From the NCBI RefSeq assembly GCF_963676685.1, contig NC_092345.1:101680001-101744000 (forward strand): a stretch of DNA of 64,000 nt, given 5' to 3'. The number at the start of each line of letters is the position of its first letter. The stretch's first letter is position 1. The translations under genes and the position numbers were made by a program. This document shows, piece by piece, positions 30,001 to 45,000 of this stretch. Under the pieces are notes generated by a model. That model searched no databases. It was not told the origin of the DNA and worked only from the letters and a program-made list of their open reading frames with translations. Source of the DNA: Mytilus edulis (Eukaryota).

Positions 30001-33000
30001 GAGAACTACTGGTCATACGGCTGGTTGCCTGCCGAGACGGTGCCATACTGCTTGGAGTTTTACGATTATCATCTTTAAATAAACAAAGGTAAAACATACT
30101 AATTTTTAAGTAATTTCCTTTCTTCAGATGCAAGACAGATACAAGACATACCCCTTTTAAAGGCATAATATGCATTACTTTATTATTCAATATATTTTAA
30201 ATCAATTTGAACTAGCAACATGTTTGTCTGAGTTAGTAGCATAACTTGTTGCTATATTCGTCTGCTGAAACTATTTGGTGTATTATATTTGTTTCACTGT
30301 TGAATTTGTTTTTGTAATCTTTCCAGTACTACAGCTTGTTAAGTGGCAGAACACTTGGGTACTACTTGTGCTAACCAATCACAATATCCATATTTCATAC
30401 CTTAATTGAGCTATACATGTAGTACATTTTAATTTTTATGATTTATAAAATCTTGTGTTTTCATCACTGATCATAATATGCCGACCTTTACATGTTCATT
30501 TTTATGTCAGGTTTCCACAGACATTTACTCAATACCTTTTTTTTTCATATCTTATGTTTCTACAAGAAAACTAGATCAAAAGATGTCAAAATTTAGTAGT
30601 AGTATTATTAAAGCAAAGATAAAGGATAATAATGGAACTATTTTCATACCATCATGTTCCATTTTATTAAAGTAAAGATAAAGAATAATATTGGAACTAT
30701 TTTCTCACCATCATGTTCCCTTTTATTAAAGCAAAGATAAAGGATGATATTGGAACTATTTTCATACCATCATGTTCCCTTTTATCAAAGCAAAAATAAA
30801 GGATAATAATGGAACTATTTTCATACCATCATGTTCCATTTTATCAAAGCAAAAATAAAGGATAATAATGGAACTATTTTCATACCATCATGTTCCATTT
30901 TATTAAAGCAAAGATAAAGGATAATATTGGAACTATTTTCATACCATCATGTTCCATTTTATTAAAGCAAAAATAAAGGATAATATTGGAACTATTTTCA
31001 TACCATCATGTTCCATTTTATTAAAGCAAAGATAAAGGATAATATTGTAACTATTTTCATACCATCATGTTCCATTGACTTCTGTTTCTTCTCAAAATCA
31101 TCCCTGAGAAACATTTTATCTAATAGAACTGATAAGATCTTTAGGAATGAACTGATCTCCTGTATCCCTGTGTTTACTTCGTCTGATACGGAACCAACAT
31201 CTGTCATTAGAGCTGAACAACATTCATTCTTAAGAAACTTTAATGTTGGAGGAAATATGTCTCTGCCTAACTCTTCCCATACTTTAAATCTAAACAAAAA
31301 ATGCAATGTATATAAATAAAAAACCTTCATAGACTATAAATTTATATCTTAAAATACTTACCCAGAATTTTTTTGTTTTTTCTTTACCATAGACTTTTGA
31401 ACATTAAAGGTTTTTCTTTTATGTCATTTTATTTTGTATTACCTTTTAACTGATCTGATGAACTAAATAAGAAATTAAATGATCAAATAAATGCATTCTA
31501 GTAACATAGAGAAAACATACGCTGCTGAGGTCAGGACCCATCTTGATTTAGCAGTTGTTCTCCAGGATTCAAATAATGAATTCCAATGAACAGTGTCAGA
31601 ACCAAAGTTAATAATAACACAACGAGCCAGAGTTGCTGGAGAGGCATCAGATAGATAATTTGTCTCATAAATCAGTGCTGTAGTGTCTGGAAAGAAAAAT
31701 TACATGTTACTTCAGAAAATACTGACTGTTTTATCAGATCCATAGCAAAATGCATTCAATTAAATATGCATTGGTCTATATATTGTCCATGCAACTAATT
31801 TTTTTCCCTTTGAAAAAATGCACTATTTCGTTACGAGAAATTCCAAATTCCACAAAGGCGGTTTCAAAAATCAGACAAAAAGTCTTTTAATTAATATTAT
31901 AAAACTTAGGTTATAGGCTTATTACTTATTTACAACAATAATAAACTAACAAATAAGATAAACTGATTAAAATAAAAATCATTTAAAGGAAAGGTTTCTA
32001 AATGTAAGTTTAAACTAGATGATGAATAAAATTTCAATTATTTTGGTGAAATGTTATCTACAGAAAAACCACTGCCACATAAAATAAATAATCTGCACTT
32101 TCCTTTTCAATATAAGTTTTCCTAGTACAAATGTAATAAGTTAAAGTTGAGCTGTCAGCCATTTCTCACAAATGATACCCCTGGTATTTGGTAAACAAAA
32201 AAAAACTGGTGAAAGTTTAGTAAAAGTAAATATTTGTTATTGAAATAATAAAGTACCTTAATACTGTCTTTTCTCATATATTTTTTTTATTCAAATATAG
32301 CATAATTCTACATTATATAAAATATATACAACAACTTCTAATATAACTAAAACTAAACTGAATTGTAATAAAATATAAACATTACTAATTTCACTTATTA
32401 CTGTGCAAACCAAGCAGCTATCAGAATATCAGGATATCTGGTTCCACAAATATATCTCAAGAAAAATCTCAAATCTTCATGGATTCAAAAGAACTAATGC
32501 AAGTAAGCTTAATACAATTTTACTCTATTAGCTAAACTCAAATCTACTAAGAAGGTGGAAGTTTGAAAATTTCCTAAAAAAAATATTTTTTCAGTAAATA
32601 ATGAGAACTAAAGAAGAGTATCTCATTAGGTGATAAACACATTAGAATGAAGCTCATAAAAGATGGCTTCCTAATAGTGGCTGAAGCTAAAAATAGCATG
32701 CTATGGTTGATTTACACAATAACTAACTAGTCACTGTACCTTCCAATGGTGGCCACACACGTGCCTGTTTATGTCCGTTACGTTCTAAATATAAAGTCAT
32801 CTTTTTCTCAATAAATATTATATATAAAACCCTAAATCATGTAGGAAACCTCTAATAAAAAATATGTCGGGTAGTCATAACGAAAAGATAGAACTTATGT
32901 TAATTTTTTAATGTTAAACTGAAAAATATTGACAGGCAAAGCATTACATTGCCTAAGACCTAGCATTTAGATTCTATTTGTTTTATCTACATGGTACATT

Positions 33001-36000
33001 TGGAGATGTAAAGTTAATTCCAACTTTAAGCATTCAGGATCAACAAAATTGCCTTCATAAATGCAAATTTACAATTTATATCTGTCCAGTTAGAAATGAT
33101 GGAAAGGAAAAAGTGCCAAATATGATGTAAATGAAATGACAATGGTCAAGGAATGAGACCACAGAAAAAGAAAGGTTTTTGTTCAGTGGAATAAAGCTAT
33201 CAAATAAATTATGAAATGATATTTGTAACGCATGAAGTTTGTCAAGAATGACTGATTTTAACTCTAAAACATTTGATATCACAGATGCAAACAGAATATC
33301 TCTGACAACAAGGACTTTTATCAACAGAACTATCCCTGTCTGCTATTTTTTGTCATAGCTTATGTTCTGCATATCAATCTCACCTTGCAAATTAACACTT
33401 CCCCCATTGGCCACTGATAGTTTATTTTCCTCATCAAATAAAGTATTGATGCTCTCTGTCCAAACAGGGTGCATAACTCCGTCTAATACAATCCACCGTA
33501 CTAACACTGAAGGGAGATCCTGTCCTTTATTTTTTTTGTCCTTTAAACCACTGATGTAATTTCTTACTGCATCAGATAGAAATGATGAGTCCTTTAGGAT
33601 CTTGGGAAATAGTCCACCCTGCCATATCCCATCAGAAAAGGCTCCAAGGAACTACAAGTAAAACATTAAAAACACAGCTAGTACAGAGCAATAATGTCTC
33701 AAATCTTCTCTAAATTCTTGGTCTAAATGGCTTCAAAATTTGAGATAAGGAATATAGTTTTTCCCCTTGTTATCTCTATGGCATGCCAATTGTTTTTTGT
33801 ATTTTTGTGTCATTCAATTAGCCTGGCTCATGAATATATTTTTGGTTAATTCAAACAAATGTACTGCATAAAATTTGCTAACTGAAAAAAATATCTTTTT
33901 ATTAATCAAATGAATGTTCTGTATTTATCATCTAAAACTAAATGATGAACAAGAAAATAAAATAAATATTTTTAACGTCCAACCGGAATGTGTTATTATA
34001 ACCGCCATCTTGTTTACATTGGAAAAAGAAAGTTGTTCAGACAACGTCATCCATCAAAAAAATAAAATAATGTCAACAGCTTTATTGAAAGCCCTCTTGA
34101 CCAATCATATAAATGTATTTCCTAATACTCAAATCATATAAGAATTATTTGTTCATGGATCTTTTTTTTCTTCAAATTAATCGTACAAAACAGTTAGGCT
34201 ATGGTTTTGAAGTTTAACTGGTTATTATCAAACAGTATCGATATTGTAACATACCTATCAGTGATTTGATATTGGTGAATGACAATGGCATGTCTTTTGA
34301 TATTGGTGAATGGCAATGGCATGTCTTTTGATATTGGTGAATGGCAATGGTATGTCTTTTGATATTGGTGAATGACAATGGTATGTCTTTTGATATTGGT
34401 GAATGGCACTGGCATGTCTTTTGATATTGGTGAATGGCAAAATTATGGTATGTCTTTTGATATTAGTGAATTGCAATGGTATGTCTTTTGATATTGGTGA
34501 ATGACAATGGTATGTCTTTTGATATTGGTGAATGACAATGGTATGTCTTTTGATATTGGTGAATTGCAATGGTATGTCTTTTGATATTGGTGAATAACAA
34601 TGGTATGTCTTTTGATATTGGTGAATTGCAATGGTATGTCTTTTGATATTGGTGAATGACAATGGTATGTCTTTTGATATTGGTGAATTGCAATGGTATG
34701 TCTTTTGATATTAGTGAAAGGCAATGGTATGTCTTTTGATATTGGTGAATGGCAATGGTATGTCTTTTGATATTGGTGAATGACAATGGTATGTTTTTTG
34801 ATATTTGTGAATTGCAATGGTATGTCTTTTGATATTGATGAATGACAATGGTGTGTCTTTTGATATTGGTGAATGACAATGGCATGTCTTTTGATATTGG
34901 TGAATGACAATGGTATGTCTTTTGATATTGGTGAATGGCAATGGTATGTCTTTTGATATTGGTGAAAGGCAATGGTATGTCTTTTGATATTAATGGATTA
35001 CAATGGTATGTCTTTTGATATTGGTGAATGACAATGGTATGTCTTTTGATATTGGTGAATTGCAATGGTATGTCTTTTGATATTAGTGAATGGCAATGGT
35101 ATGTCTTTTGATATTGGTGAATGGCAATGGTATGTCTTTTAATATTGGTGAATGACAATGGTATGTCTGTTGATATTGATGAATGGCAATGGTATATCTT
35201 TTGATATTGGTGAATGGTAATGGTATGTCTTTTGATATTGGTGAATGACAATGGTATGTCTTTTGATATTGGTGAATGACAATGGTATGTCTTTTGATAT
35301 TGGTGAATGGTAATGGTATGTCTTTTGATATTGGTGAATGACAATGGTTTGTCTTTTGATATTAGTGAATGGGAATGGTATGTCTTTTGATATTAGTGAA
35401 TGGCAATGGCATGTCTTTTGATATTGGTGAATGACAATGGTATGTCTTTTGATAGTAGTAAATGGCAATGGCATGTCTTTTGATATTGGTGAATGGCAAT
35501 GGCATGTCTTTTAATATTGGTGAATGGCAATGGTATGTCTTTTGATATTGGTGAATGGCAATGGCATGTCTTTTGATATTGGTGAATGGCAATGGCATGT
35601 CTTTTGATATTGGTGAATGGCAATGGTATGTCTTTTGGTATTGGTGAATGGCAATGGCATGTCTTTTGATATTAGTGAATGGGAATGGTATGTCTTTTGA
35701 TATTGGTGAATGACAATGGTATGTCTTTTGATATTGGTGAATGGCAAAATTATGGTATGTCTTTTGATATTGGTGAATGGGAATGGTATGTCTTTTGATA
35801 TTGGTGAATGACAATGGTATGTCTTTTGATATTAGTGAATGGGAATGGTATGTCTTTTGATATTGGTGAATGACAATGGTATGTCTTTTGATATTGATGA
35901 ATGACAATGGTATGTCTTTTGATATTGGTGAATGACAATGGTATGTCTTTTGATATTGGTGAATGACAATGGTATGTCTTTTGATATTGGTGAATGGCAA

Positions 36001-39000
36001 TGGCATGTTTTTTGATATTGGTGAATGGCAAAATTATGGTATGTCTTTTGATATTAGTGAATTGCAATGGTATGTCTTTTGATATTAGTGAATGACAATG
36101 GTATGTCTTTTGATATTGGTGAATGGCAATGGTATGTCTTTTGATATTGGTGAATGGCAATGGTATGTCTTTTGATATTAATGAATTGCAATGGTATGTC
36201 TTTTGATATTGGTGAATGACAATGGTATGTCTTTTGATATTGGTGAATTGCAATGGTATGTCTTTTGATATTAGTGAATGGCAATGGTATGTCTTTTGAT
36301 ATTGGTGAATGGCAATGGTATGTCTTTTGATATTGGTGAATGACAATGGTATGTCTGTTGATATTGATGAATGGCAATGGTATATCTTTTGATATTGGTG
36401 AATGGTAATGGTATGTCTTTTGATATTGGTGAATGGTAATGGTATGTCTTTTGATATTGGTGAATGACAATGGTTTGTCTTTTGATATTAGTGAATGGGA
36501 ATGGTATGTCTTTTGATATTAGTGAATGGCAATGGCATGTCTTTTGATATTGGTGAATGACAATGGTATGTCTTTTGATAGTAGTAAATGGCAATGGTAT
36601 GTCTTTTGATATTGGTGAATGGCAATGGCAAGTCTTTTGATATTGGTGAATGGCAATGGCATGTCTTTTGATATTGGTGAATGGCAATGGTATGTCTTTT
36701 GGTATTGGTGAATGGCAATGGCATGTCTTTTGATATTAGTGAATGGGAATGATATGTCTTTTGATATTGGTGAATGACAATGGTATGTCTTTTGATATTG
36801 GTGAATGGCAAAATTATGGTATGTCTTTTGATATTGGTGAATGGGAATGGTATGTCTTTTGATATTGGTGAATGACAATGGTATGTCTTTTGATATTAGT
36901 GAATGGGAATGGTATGTCTTTTGATATTGGTGAATGACAATGGTATGTCTTTTGATATTAGTGAATGGCAATGGCATGTCTTTTGATATTGGTGAATGAC
37001 AATGGCATGTCTTTTGATATTGGTGAATGGCAATGGTATGTCTTTTGATATTGGTGAATGGCAATGGCATGTCTTTTGATATTGGTGAATGGCAATGGCA
37101 TGTCTTTTGATATTGGTGAATGGCAATGGTATGTCTTTTGGTATTGGTGAATGGCAATGGCATGTCTTTTGATATTAGTGAATGTGAATGGTATGTCTTT
37201 TGATATTGGTGAATGACAATGGTATGTCTTTTGATATTGGTGAATGGCAAAATTATGGTATGTCTTTTGATATTGGTGAATGGGAATGGTATGTCTTTTG
37301 ATATTGGTGAATGACAATGGTATGTCTTTTGATATTAGTGAATGGGAATGGTATGTCTTTTGATATTGGTGAATGACAATGGTATGTCTTTTGATATTGA
37401 TGAATGACAATGGTATGTCTTTTGATATTGGTGAATGGCAATAGTATGTCTTTTGATATTGGTGAATGGCAATGGCATGTCTTTTGAAATTGGTGAATGG
37501 CAATGGCATGTCTTTTGATATTGGTGAATGGCAATGGTATGTCTTTTGGTATTGGTGAATGGCAATGGCATGTCTTTTGATATTAGTGAATGGGAATGGT
37601 ATGTCTTTTGATATTGGTGAATGACAATGGTATGTCTTTTGATATTGGTACATGGCAAAATTATGGTATGTCTTTTGATATTGGTGAATGGGAATGGTAT
37701 GTCTTTTGATATTGGTGAATGACAATGGTATGTCTTTTGATATTAGTGAATGGGAATGGTATGTCTTTTGATATTGGTGAATGACAATGGTATGTCTTTT
37801 GATATTGATGAATGACAATGGTATGTCTTTTGATATTGGTGAATGACAATGGTATGTCTTTTGATATTGGTGAATGACAATGGTATGTCTTTTGATATTG
37901 GTGAATGGCAATGGCATGTTTTTTGATATTGGTGAATGGCAAAATTATGGTATGTCTTTTGATATTAGTGAATTGCAATGGTATGTCTTTTGATATTAGT
38001 GAATGACAATGGTATGTCTTTTGATATTGGTGAATGACAATGGTATGTCTTTTGATATTGGTGAATTGCAATGGTATGTCTTTTGATATTGGTGAATGAC
38101 AATGGTATGTCTTTTGATATTGGTGAATTGCAATGGTATGTCTTTTGATATTAGTGAAAGGCAATGGTATGTCTTTTGATATTGGTGAATGACAATGGTA
38201 TGTCTTTTGATATTGGTGAATGGCAATGGTATGTCTTTTATATTGGTGAATGGCAATGGCATGTCTTTTGATATTGGTGAATGGCAATGGTATGTCTTTT
38301 GATATTGGTGAATGGCAATGGTATGTCTTTTGATATTGGTGAATGACAATGGCATGTCTTTTGATATTGATGAATGACAATGGTATGTCTTTTGATATTG
38401 GTGAATGACAATGGCATGTCTTTTGATATTGGTGAATGACAATGGTATGTCTTTTGATATTGGTGAATGGCAATGGTATGTCTTTTGATATTGGTGAATG
38501 GCAATGGTATGTCTTTTGATATTAATGAATTGCAATAGTATGTCTTTTGATATTGGTGAATGACAATGGTATGTCTTTTGATATTGGTGAATTGCAATGG
38601 TATGTCTTTTGATATTAGTGAATGGCAATGGTATGTCTTTTGATATTGGTGAATGGCAATGGTATGTCTTTTGATATTGGTGAATGACAATGGTATGTCT
38701 GTTGATATTGATGAATGGCAATGGTATATCTTTTGATATTGGTGAATGGTAATGGTATGTCTTTTGATATTGGTGAATGGTAATGGTATGTCTTTTGATA
38801 TTGGTGAATGACAATGGTTTGTCTTTTGATATTAGTGAATGGGAATGGTATGTCTTTTGATATTAGTGAATGGCAATGGCATGTCTTTTGATATTGGTGA
38901 ATGACAATGGTATGTCTTTTGATAGTAGTAAATGGCAATGGCATGTCTTTTGATATTGGTGAATGGCAATGGCATGTCTTTTGATATTGGTGAATGGCAA

Positions 39001-42000
39001 TGGTATGTCTTTTGATATTGGTGAATGGCAATGGCATGTCTTTTGATATTGGTGAATGGCAATGGCATGTCTTTTGATATTGGTGAATGGCAATGGTATG
39101 TCTTTTGGTATTGGTGAATGGCAATGGCATGTCTTTTGATATTAGTGAATGGGAATGGTATGTCTTTTGATATTGGTGAATGACAATGGTATGTCTTTTG
39201 ATATTGGTGAATGGCAAAATTATGGTATGTCTTTTGATATTGGTGAATGGGAATGGTATGTCTTTTGATATTGGTGAATGACAATGGTATGTCTTTTGAT
39301 ATTAGTGAATGGGAATGGTATGTCTTTTGATATTGGTGAATGACAATGGTATGTCTTTTGATATTGATGAATGACAATGGTATGTCTTTTGATATTGGTG
39401 AATGACAATGGTATGTCTTTTGATATTGGTGAATGACAATGGTATGTCTAACAACCAAGTAATGTTCTTACCTCCTGAGGGGAGACTGCAGTTGGATTCA
39501 AGGTAACAACATCAACTTTAGGATATTCTGCTACTTCCCTTATTTTATGAATTGCTAAATCTTGAATGGCCTCAGTCACTTTTCCTATGACATTTGTCAT
39601 CCTCTTTAACTTCCTGAAATTAGTCTTGTCTGCTTTGGGTTCCGGGGCTGATAAGGCTGACAGAAACTGCAGAAAATATCAATCATAAAATAAGTAGCTA
39701 GCAGACTTAAAATTTAGAGAGTTTACCTTCATTAAATTTACATTTTAAATTTATTTATGTAAAAAATGCCCCCAAATATTATGAAAAGGAAAGATGAAAT
39801 AGTACTAATTATTTTTCAGTCTTACATGCCAGAAAATTAATATGCATCCCTGAATTATATTTTTGATAAATATCAAACTAAACAAAAGATTTAAAAGATC
39901 CTTAAATTGCAGTAGACTTCCTCGGACACCTCTGAACTGACAGATGAAAATTTGTATTAGAAATGAAAAGCTTAAAAAACAATAAAGCAAAACCTAAGGC
40001 TATATTTTACCATGCAGATATAAGAATACAGTTCAACAGAAAGATCATTCAGAATAAAGATATACCAATACAATACACTAGAATGGAAACAGAATATAAA
40101 CAGCAACTAGTTAGAAAGAGAAAGTAAAAAGCATCTAGCCAGTAATTCTACAGCATGAAGCATCTGCATACAAATACAAAAAAGCTATAAAAAAACTGGT
40201 ATGGGCCAACCACATTTCAAACATTAGGTATTCTACAATTTCATGACATTTCCATATGCATTTTATTCAAAAATTTTGAAAATCTAAAAGGGTTTAGATT
40301 TTATTGTTTTGGGGCAATCTGAGACACTTTAACATAGTAATTTTCTTTTGTGCAGAAAAAAACCCAGGAATGCTTAAGATATTGAAATAAGAAAATGTTA
40401 AATGATTGCTAACTAAACCAACGTCACCAAAACACCAAAGGACACTTAGGACTACAGGTCACCTCACTGTCTTCAACAATCAGCTAAAGACCAAGCCCAT
40501 GTTGTAAGATATAAAAGGTACCGGGATGACAGTGGAACAATTCAAGTAATTTCAAATAATGGCAAAAAATGTCTACTACAATCATACATTGCCATAGATA
40601 TCAGGTTTAACTTTACAAGCAGAAGAAAAAAAAATTTACAACTTTTGAATTACAAATACTTTTTTTAATGCAGTTGCCACTTCTGGATTGTCTCCAGTTT
40701 AAATGTCAACAATTTTCAGCCACTCTCACTAATTAATAAGTATGAAATTAGAATGTAAGTTATATTGGGAAATTTATTTATCACTCTTTTTTTTGTGAGA
40801 TGCCTTCAACTAAACTTATCAAATGATTGGAAATACCATAATCATGGATGGAGCGAAAGACCTTGATAACTAAGAGGTAATGAAAATAAATACCAATCAA
40901 TCGCACAAATACTCTGGGATAAAAATTGTTAAAAAATAAAATCTGAATCAAAGAATATTTGGAATAACTATAGCTCAATGCAGACACTACCAAACAAGAT
41001 TTATTAGGAACATTGTTATAACAACAATTCAGCTAAAACAATTCTGAATTTATACTGTAAAGCTAAAAGAACAGATATTAAAGAGTTTATAATAGCTAGC
41101 AGCAAGCTACAACACACATTATAAAATTAGTATCAGAATTGATCACATGGTCAGTCATGTGACAACTTACTTCCTCATCAAGTTCACCAACTTTATCTAA
41201 GGTTTCCTGTTACATAGAAAATAACAGTCATTTTATTCAGTTGTTTAAGTATTAAATCCTAAATATACCTACAGTATTGCATCTTACATGCATGTTTATT
41301 TAAAGTAGTTTTTATTAAACTGTCATTTTACTAGCAACTAGAACATATGTACAGGACATGGGTTAAATCTGAAATATTGGTTTGTTATATATTGAGATAA
41401 TAAAAACAAAAAGATATCAAAGTCAAATTGGAGAACATTTTTCAATGTGTAAAAACTTAACAACTTTAAAATAACTATTATTAACTTCTACTACTACAAG
41501 CTTTGTGACATTAATTTGTAGTTATATGTAACTCTTGTGTCAGTGGAAAAAAATTCTTAAAGTGAGCATGTTTAATTAAGAGATTGACTCAACATATCAT
41601 ATCTAAACTAAAATGTTTTTATGAATAAAAAAAATGATTTTAGGATCCAACCAAAGACTAAGTAAATAAAAATATTCTGTTACTCTTCTTCATGTAGATA
41701 ATTATGTCATAACAAAAAAAAAACATCAACTCTCCTTTATGTATTGAAAGTATTTACAAAATTTGTCATCTTTAAAATCCTTAAATAAATTTAAATTTAT
41801 CAGTAGCATTGATTCTATAGACAGTAACACAGATATTAATATAAAGAATTCTAAGTATATCAATATGATTTTATGTTGGTCTGATATTACTATACTTTCA
41901 CCCCCCCCCTTTCCCCCCCCCCCCCCCCCCCCCCTTTTTTTCTTCTTCACAAATCACAAAGCAAAATCGGTGATAATGTTATAATGATATTATTCATGCT

Positions 42001-45000
42001 AGTGATCTGTGTAAATAGTTAATTTCATGCTATCGATGAAAACGAGTCTACTATATATGTACAAAAAGGTCACATGTCTATCATGTGACAACTTACTTCA
42101 TCACCCATTTCATCCTCACTACTGCCACTTTCATTTTCCTATACATTAAAAAGTTTGAAACAATGATCAAAAGTGAAATGAATCACCTGAAGAAATTGTC
42201 TCCTTACTATTAAACTCAAAATTAAACTTTAAAAATAAAAAATAAAACTTAACATTCACAAAAATGTTGCACTCCCTAAGCTTTAGCCTGAATGTCAAGA
42301 TAGGGTGTCAGATGTTGAGTAAAATAAATTTTGCTCCAGTATATATTGTTCTGCCATTAATGTTACCTGTTTTTTTATGTTATTTATAAAAAAATTGATC
42401 TTTTAGGGTTTCGTTTTTAATTATACACTGGATAAATGAGTATACAAGAAAACATTATATTTTTATATTTTGTTTAAGATGCTCACAAGTTTAGAAGTTT
42501 CTTATTTCCCTTATCTTTTTAATTCTTGTAGAATGTTTTACAAACCTTTAGCTTTTTCTTCTGATGGAAGATAAGGTCTCTGTCCGTAGCTAACTCATCT
42601 TTGGAATGATCTGGAGCAAACAGGAGATAATTGAGCCTGTTGATAGCTCTGGATAAGGTTTGAGTAGCTGTTGATTTACCACTACCAGATGGTCCAGAAA
42701 GGATAATACCCTTTCTCATCTCTATAGCAGAGTTCATATGTAACATCTGAAATATAGGTTTTATGGAAGAAATCTAGTACTATTTTTTCATGCAAATCCA
42801 ATTCATTAATTGTCATATAGAGTTCAAACTAACAAAAATGTATTGCTTATGAAAAATTTAAGCACTACAGTTTTCATTCACAAAATAGTCATCTGGAAAA
42901 TTTTTAGTAAATTGAGATTTGAGACATTTAAAAAATATCCATTGCAATTGAAAACTATATCATTGTATAAACAATATATTACTTACCCTAGCTATCATCT
43001 CTTTAGTAAGAACCATATTATCTTCCTTGAACTGTTCCTTCAGAGATTTGACCAGTTCATGGTTATAGACGTGTTCTGATGTTCCTCTTGAACTGGCACA
43101 CATTGGGAACGTATCTCTAAGATGGTTCATAAACACAGTTCTATCATCCTCGTCCTCCAGACTAGGAGATATGACAGCCTTCAGAGAGTATACCATGCAG
43201 TGCTCCTCTAATGATTTATCTACATCACGAGAGGAATCAGAGCTAGGAGTCTCACCAATCTCTCCTTCTGAAAAAGTCAAAAGCAACATAAAGAATTTAA
43301 AACATTATAAGATTTTATGGTAAAACCTGAAATTTAGCATAAAATGGAATGAATTATACAAATATAAACTTCGAATGTAAATACATTCTTTTGATTTTAA
43401 ACATTACACTTTCTCAACAGCAAGGTTAAGTGCAAATGGAAAGCAACAGTTGTTAAAAATCAACTAAGTTATTTAACAGACTGTACATACTATGGGTCAA
43501 CAATGTTTTTTCATACATGACTGAGGTCCTCAATTAAATTAAAACTGCTAAAATATGTGTGTACTCCTCTGGTCTGTAAACATTTCCAAATAAAAAAAAA
43601 ATGTTAATGCCCGCTGCACATATCATTCTCCATCTCATTTTATATTTTTTGACAAAATAACCATACCTCTGAGTTCTTCAATAAATCTTTCATCCCTCAG
43701 TTTTGCAGTAGCAACTTCTGCTAAGTTTTTGATGTCCTTTAATCCAAACTGATACTGGGTTTTTCTTGGAAGCTGCAATACACAACATTGACATTATGAA
43801 TACGATCAAAGGAGATGTTAGGTGTTCCAAAATTCAGACAGCAATGCAACAACAGAATTAACCCAAAAGACAAGAAGTTAATCAAGTTTTAAAGTCGTAC
43901 ATGAAAAATCAACATTTACAGCCGATTTCATTGAGTGTGTAGCCATAGGTAATATCTTTGGTTAGCTTGCTTGTTAGCTGAACCGTGAAGTCATTATAAA
44001 GTCAGGTATACTACCGTTCTTTTGAAGTAGCCTAGTCCAACAGACAGATAGATCAGTTATCTGCTGGACTAGTCCACTCTTAAAGGAGGGTAGTTTGCTT
44101 GACATAACAATGACTTCGCGGTTCAGCTAACAAGAAAGTTAACCAAAGATATTACCTATGGCTACACACTCAATGAAATTGGCTGTGAATGTTTAATAAG
44201 CATTGAGCTGTCAAATTGATAGGAACTGGGTTTTCTGTATTTTGATAGGCACTTTCTGGATCTTTTGACATGCCATATTTTATGCCTATTTTTCAGTCTA
44301 TCAAGAATCATAACTCCTGAAGGGCAAAAAGGTGAAATAGTCAATATCAAACTTGACCACCATTTTGTCATCAGTAACAGCATATTAAAATTTAAATAGT
44401 ATTGGCTGAAAGGTTCATTAGTAATTACACAGAAAATGTCATTTTCAATAAGATCAAGGACCATAACACTTGAGTCGTAATAGTGAAAATTATCAGTATT
44501 AAACTTGACCTCAATTTTGTAATCATAAACAAGCAATCATAATCTAAAAATCTTAGATAGCATGATTCATAAGTTGTTGAACGAATGGTTATAACATAAG
44601 AAAGTGCTAAGAAACCTATAAATATCTTAGAAAGCATGAAGGACTTTGTCTTGCATAATCATGTCAAGGAAGGCATTAGGGTATCTTTTTTGGAATAATT
44701 ATGCCTTACAAATTGTGTTCATTATGATATTTACCTGATTTTTTAACATCTTGAGTATAAATGTGATTTTTCTGGCCAGAGGTTTATATTCCTGGAAACC
44801 ATGACAACACAAAGTTGTTTCTGTTATCATGTAAAAGTCTGGTACTATAAGAGCACAAGGTCTCAACAGATTCTGTAATAGAAACAAACAAACATTAAAG
44901 AATATGTTATCAAGAAGTTAAAAGTGAGAGGAGTGTTTTATCGTACATGCCTCATTCCAAAACGCAACAGACAGTCTTCCTAAGAGATATAAGTTTCTAT

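Noticed and set aside
32741-32765. GC-richer 25-nt segment with AG/GT boundaries
   Set aside because: Not frame-preserving in a phase-1 intron whose flanking exons already join correctly.
4044-33559. Short + strand ORFs overlapping exons (e.g. 4044, 9394, 22626, 23352, 31008, 33362)
   Set aside because: Antisense shadows of the minus-strand dynein exons; no independent coding signal.
34194-39458. Many long overlapping ORFs (FTNIKRHTIVIHQYQKTYHCHSPISKDIP...)
   Set aside because: Translations of a 31-bp satellite whose minus strand rarely contains stops; the same peptide cycles through all three frames, and the array is intronic.
41726-41984. Poly-Gly / poly-Pro ORFs
   Set aside because: Artefacts of the poly-C tract.
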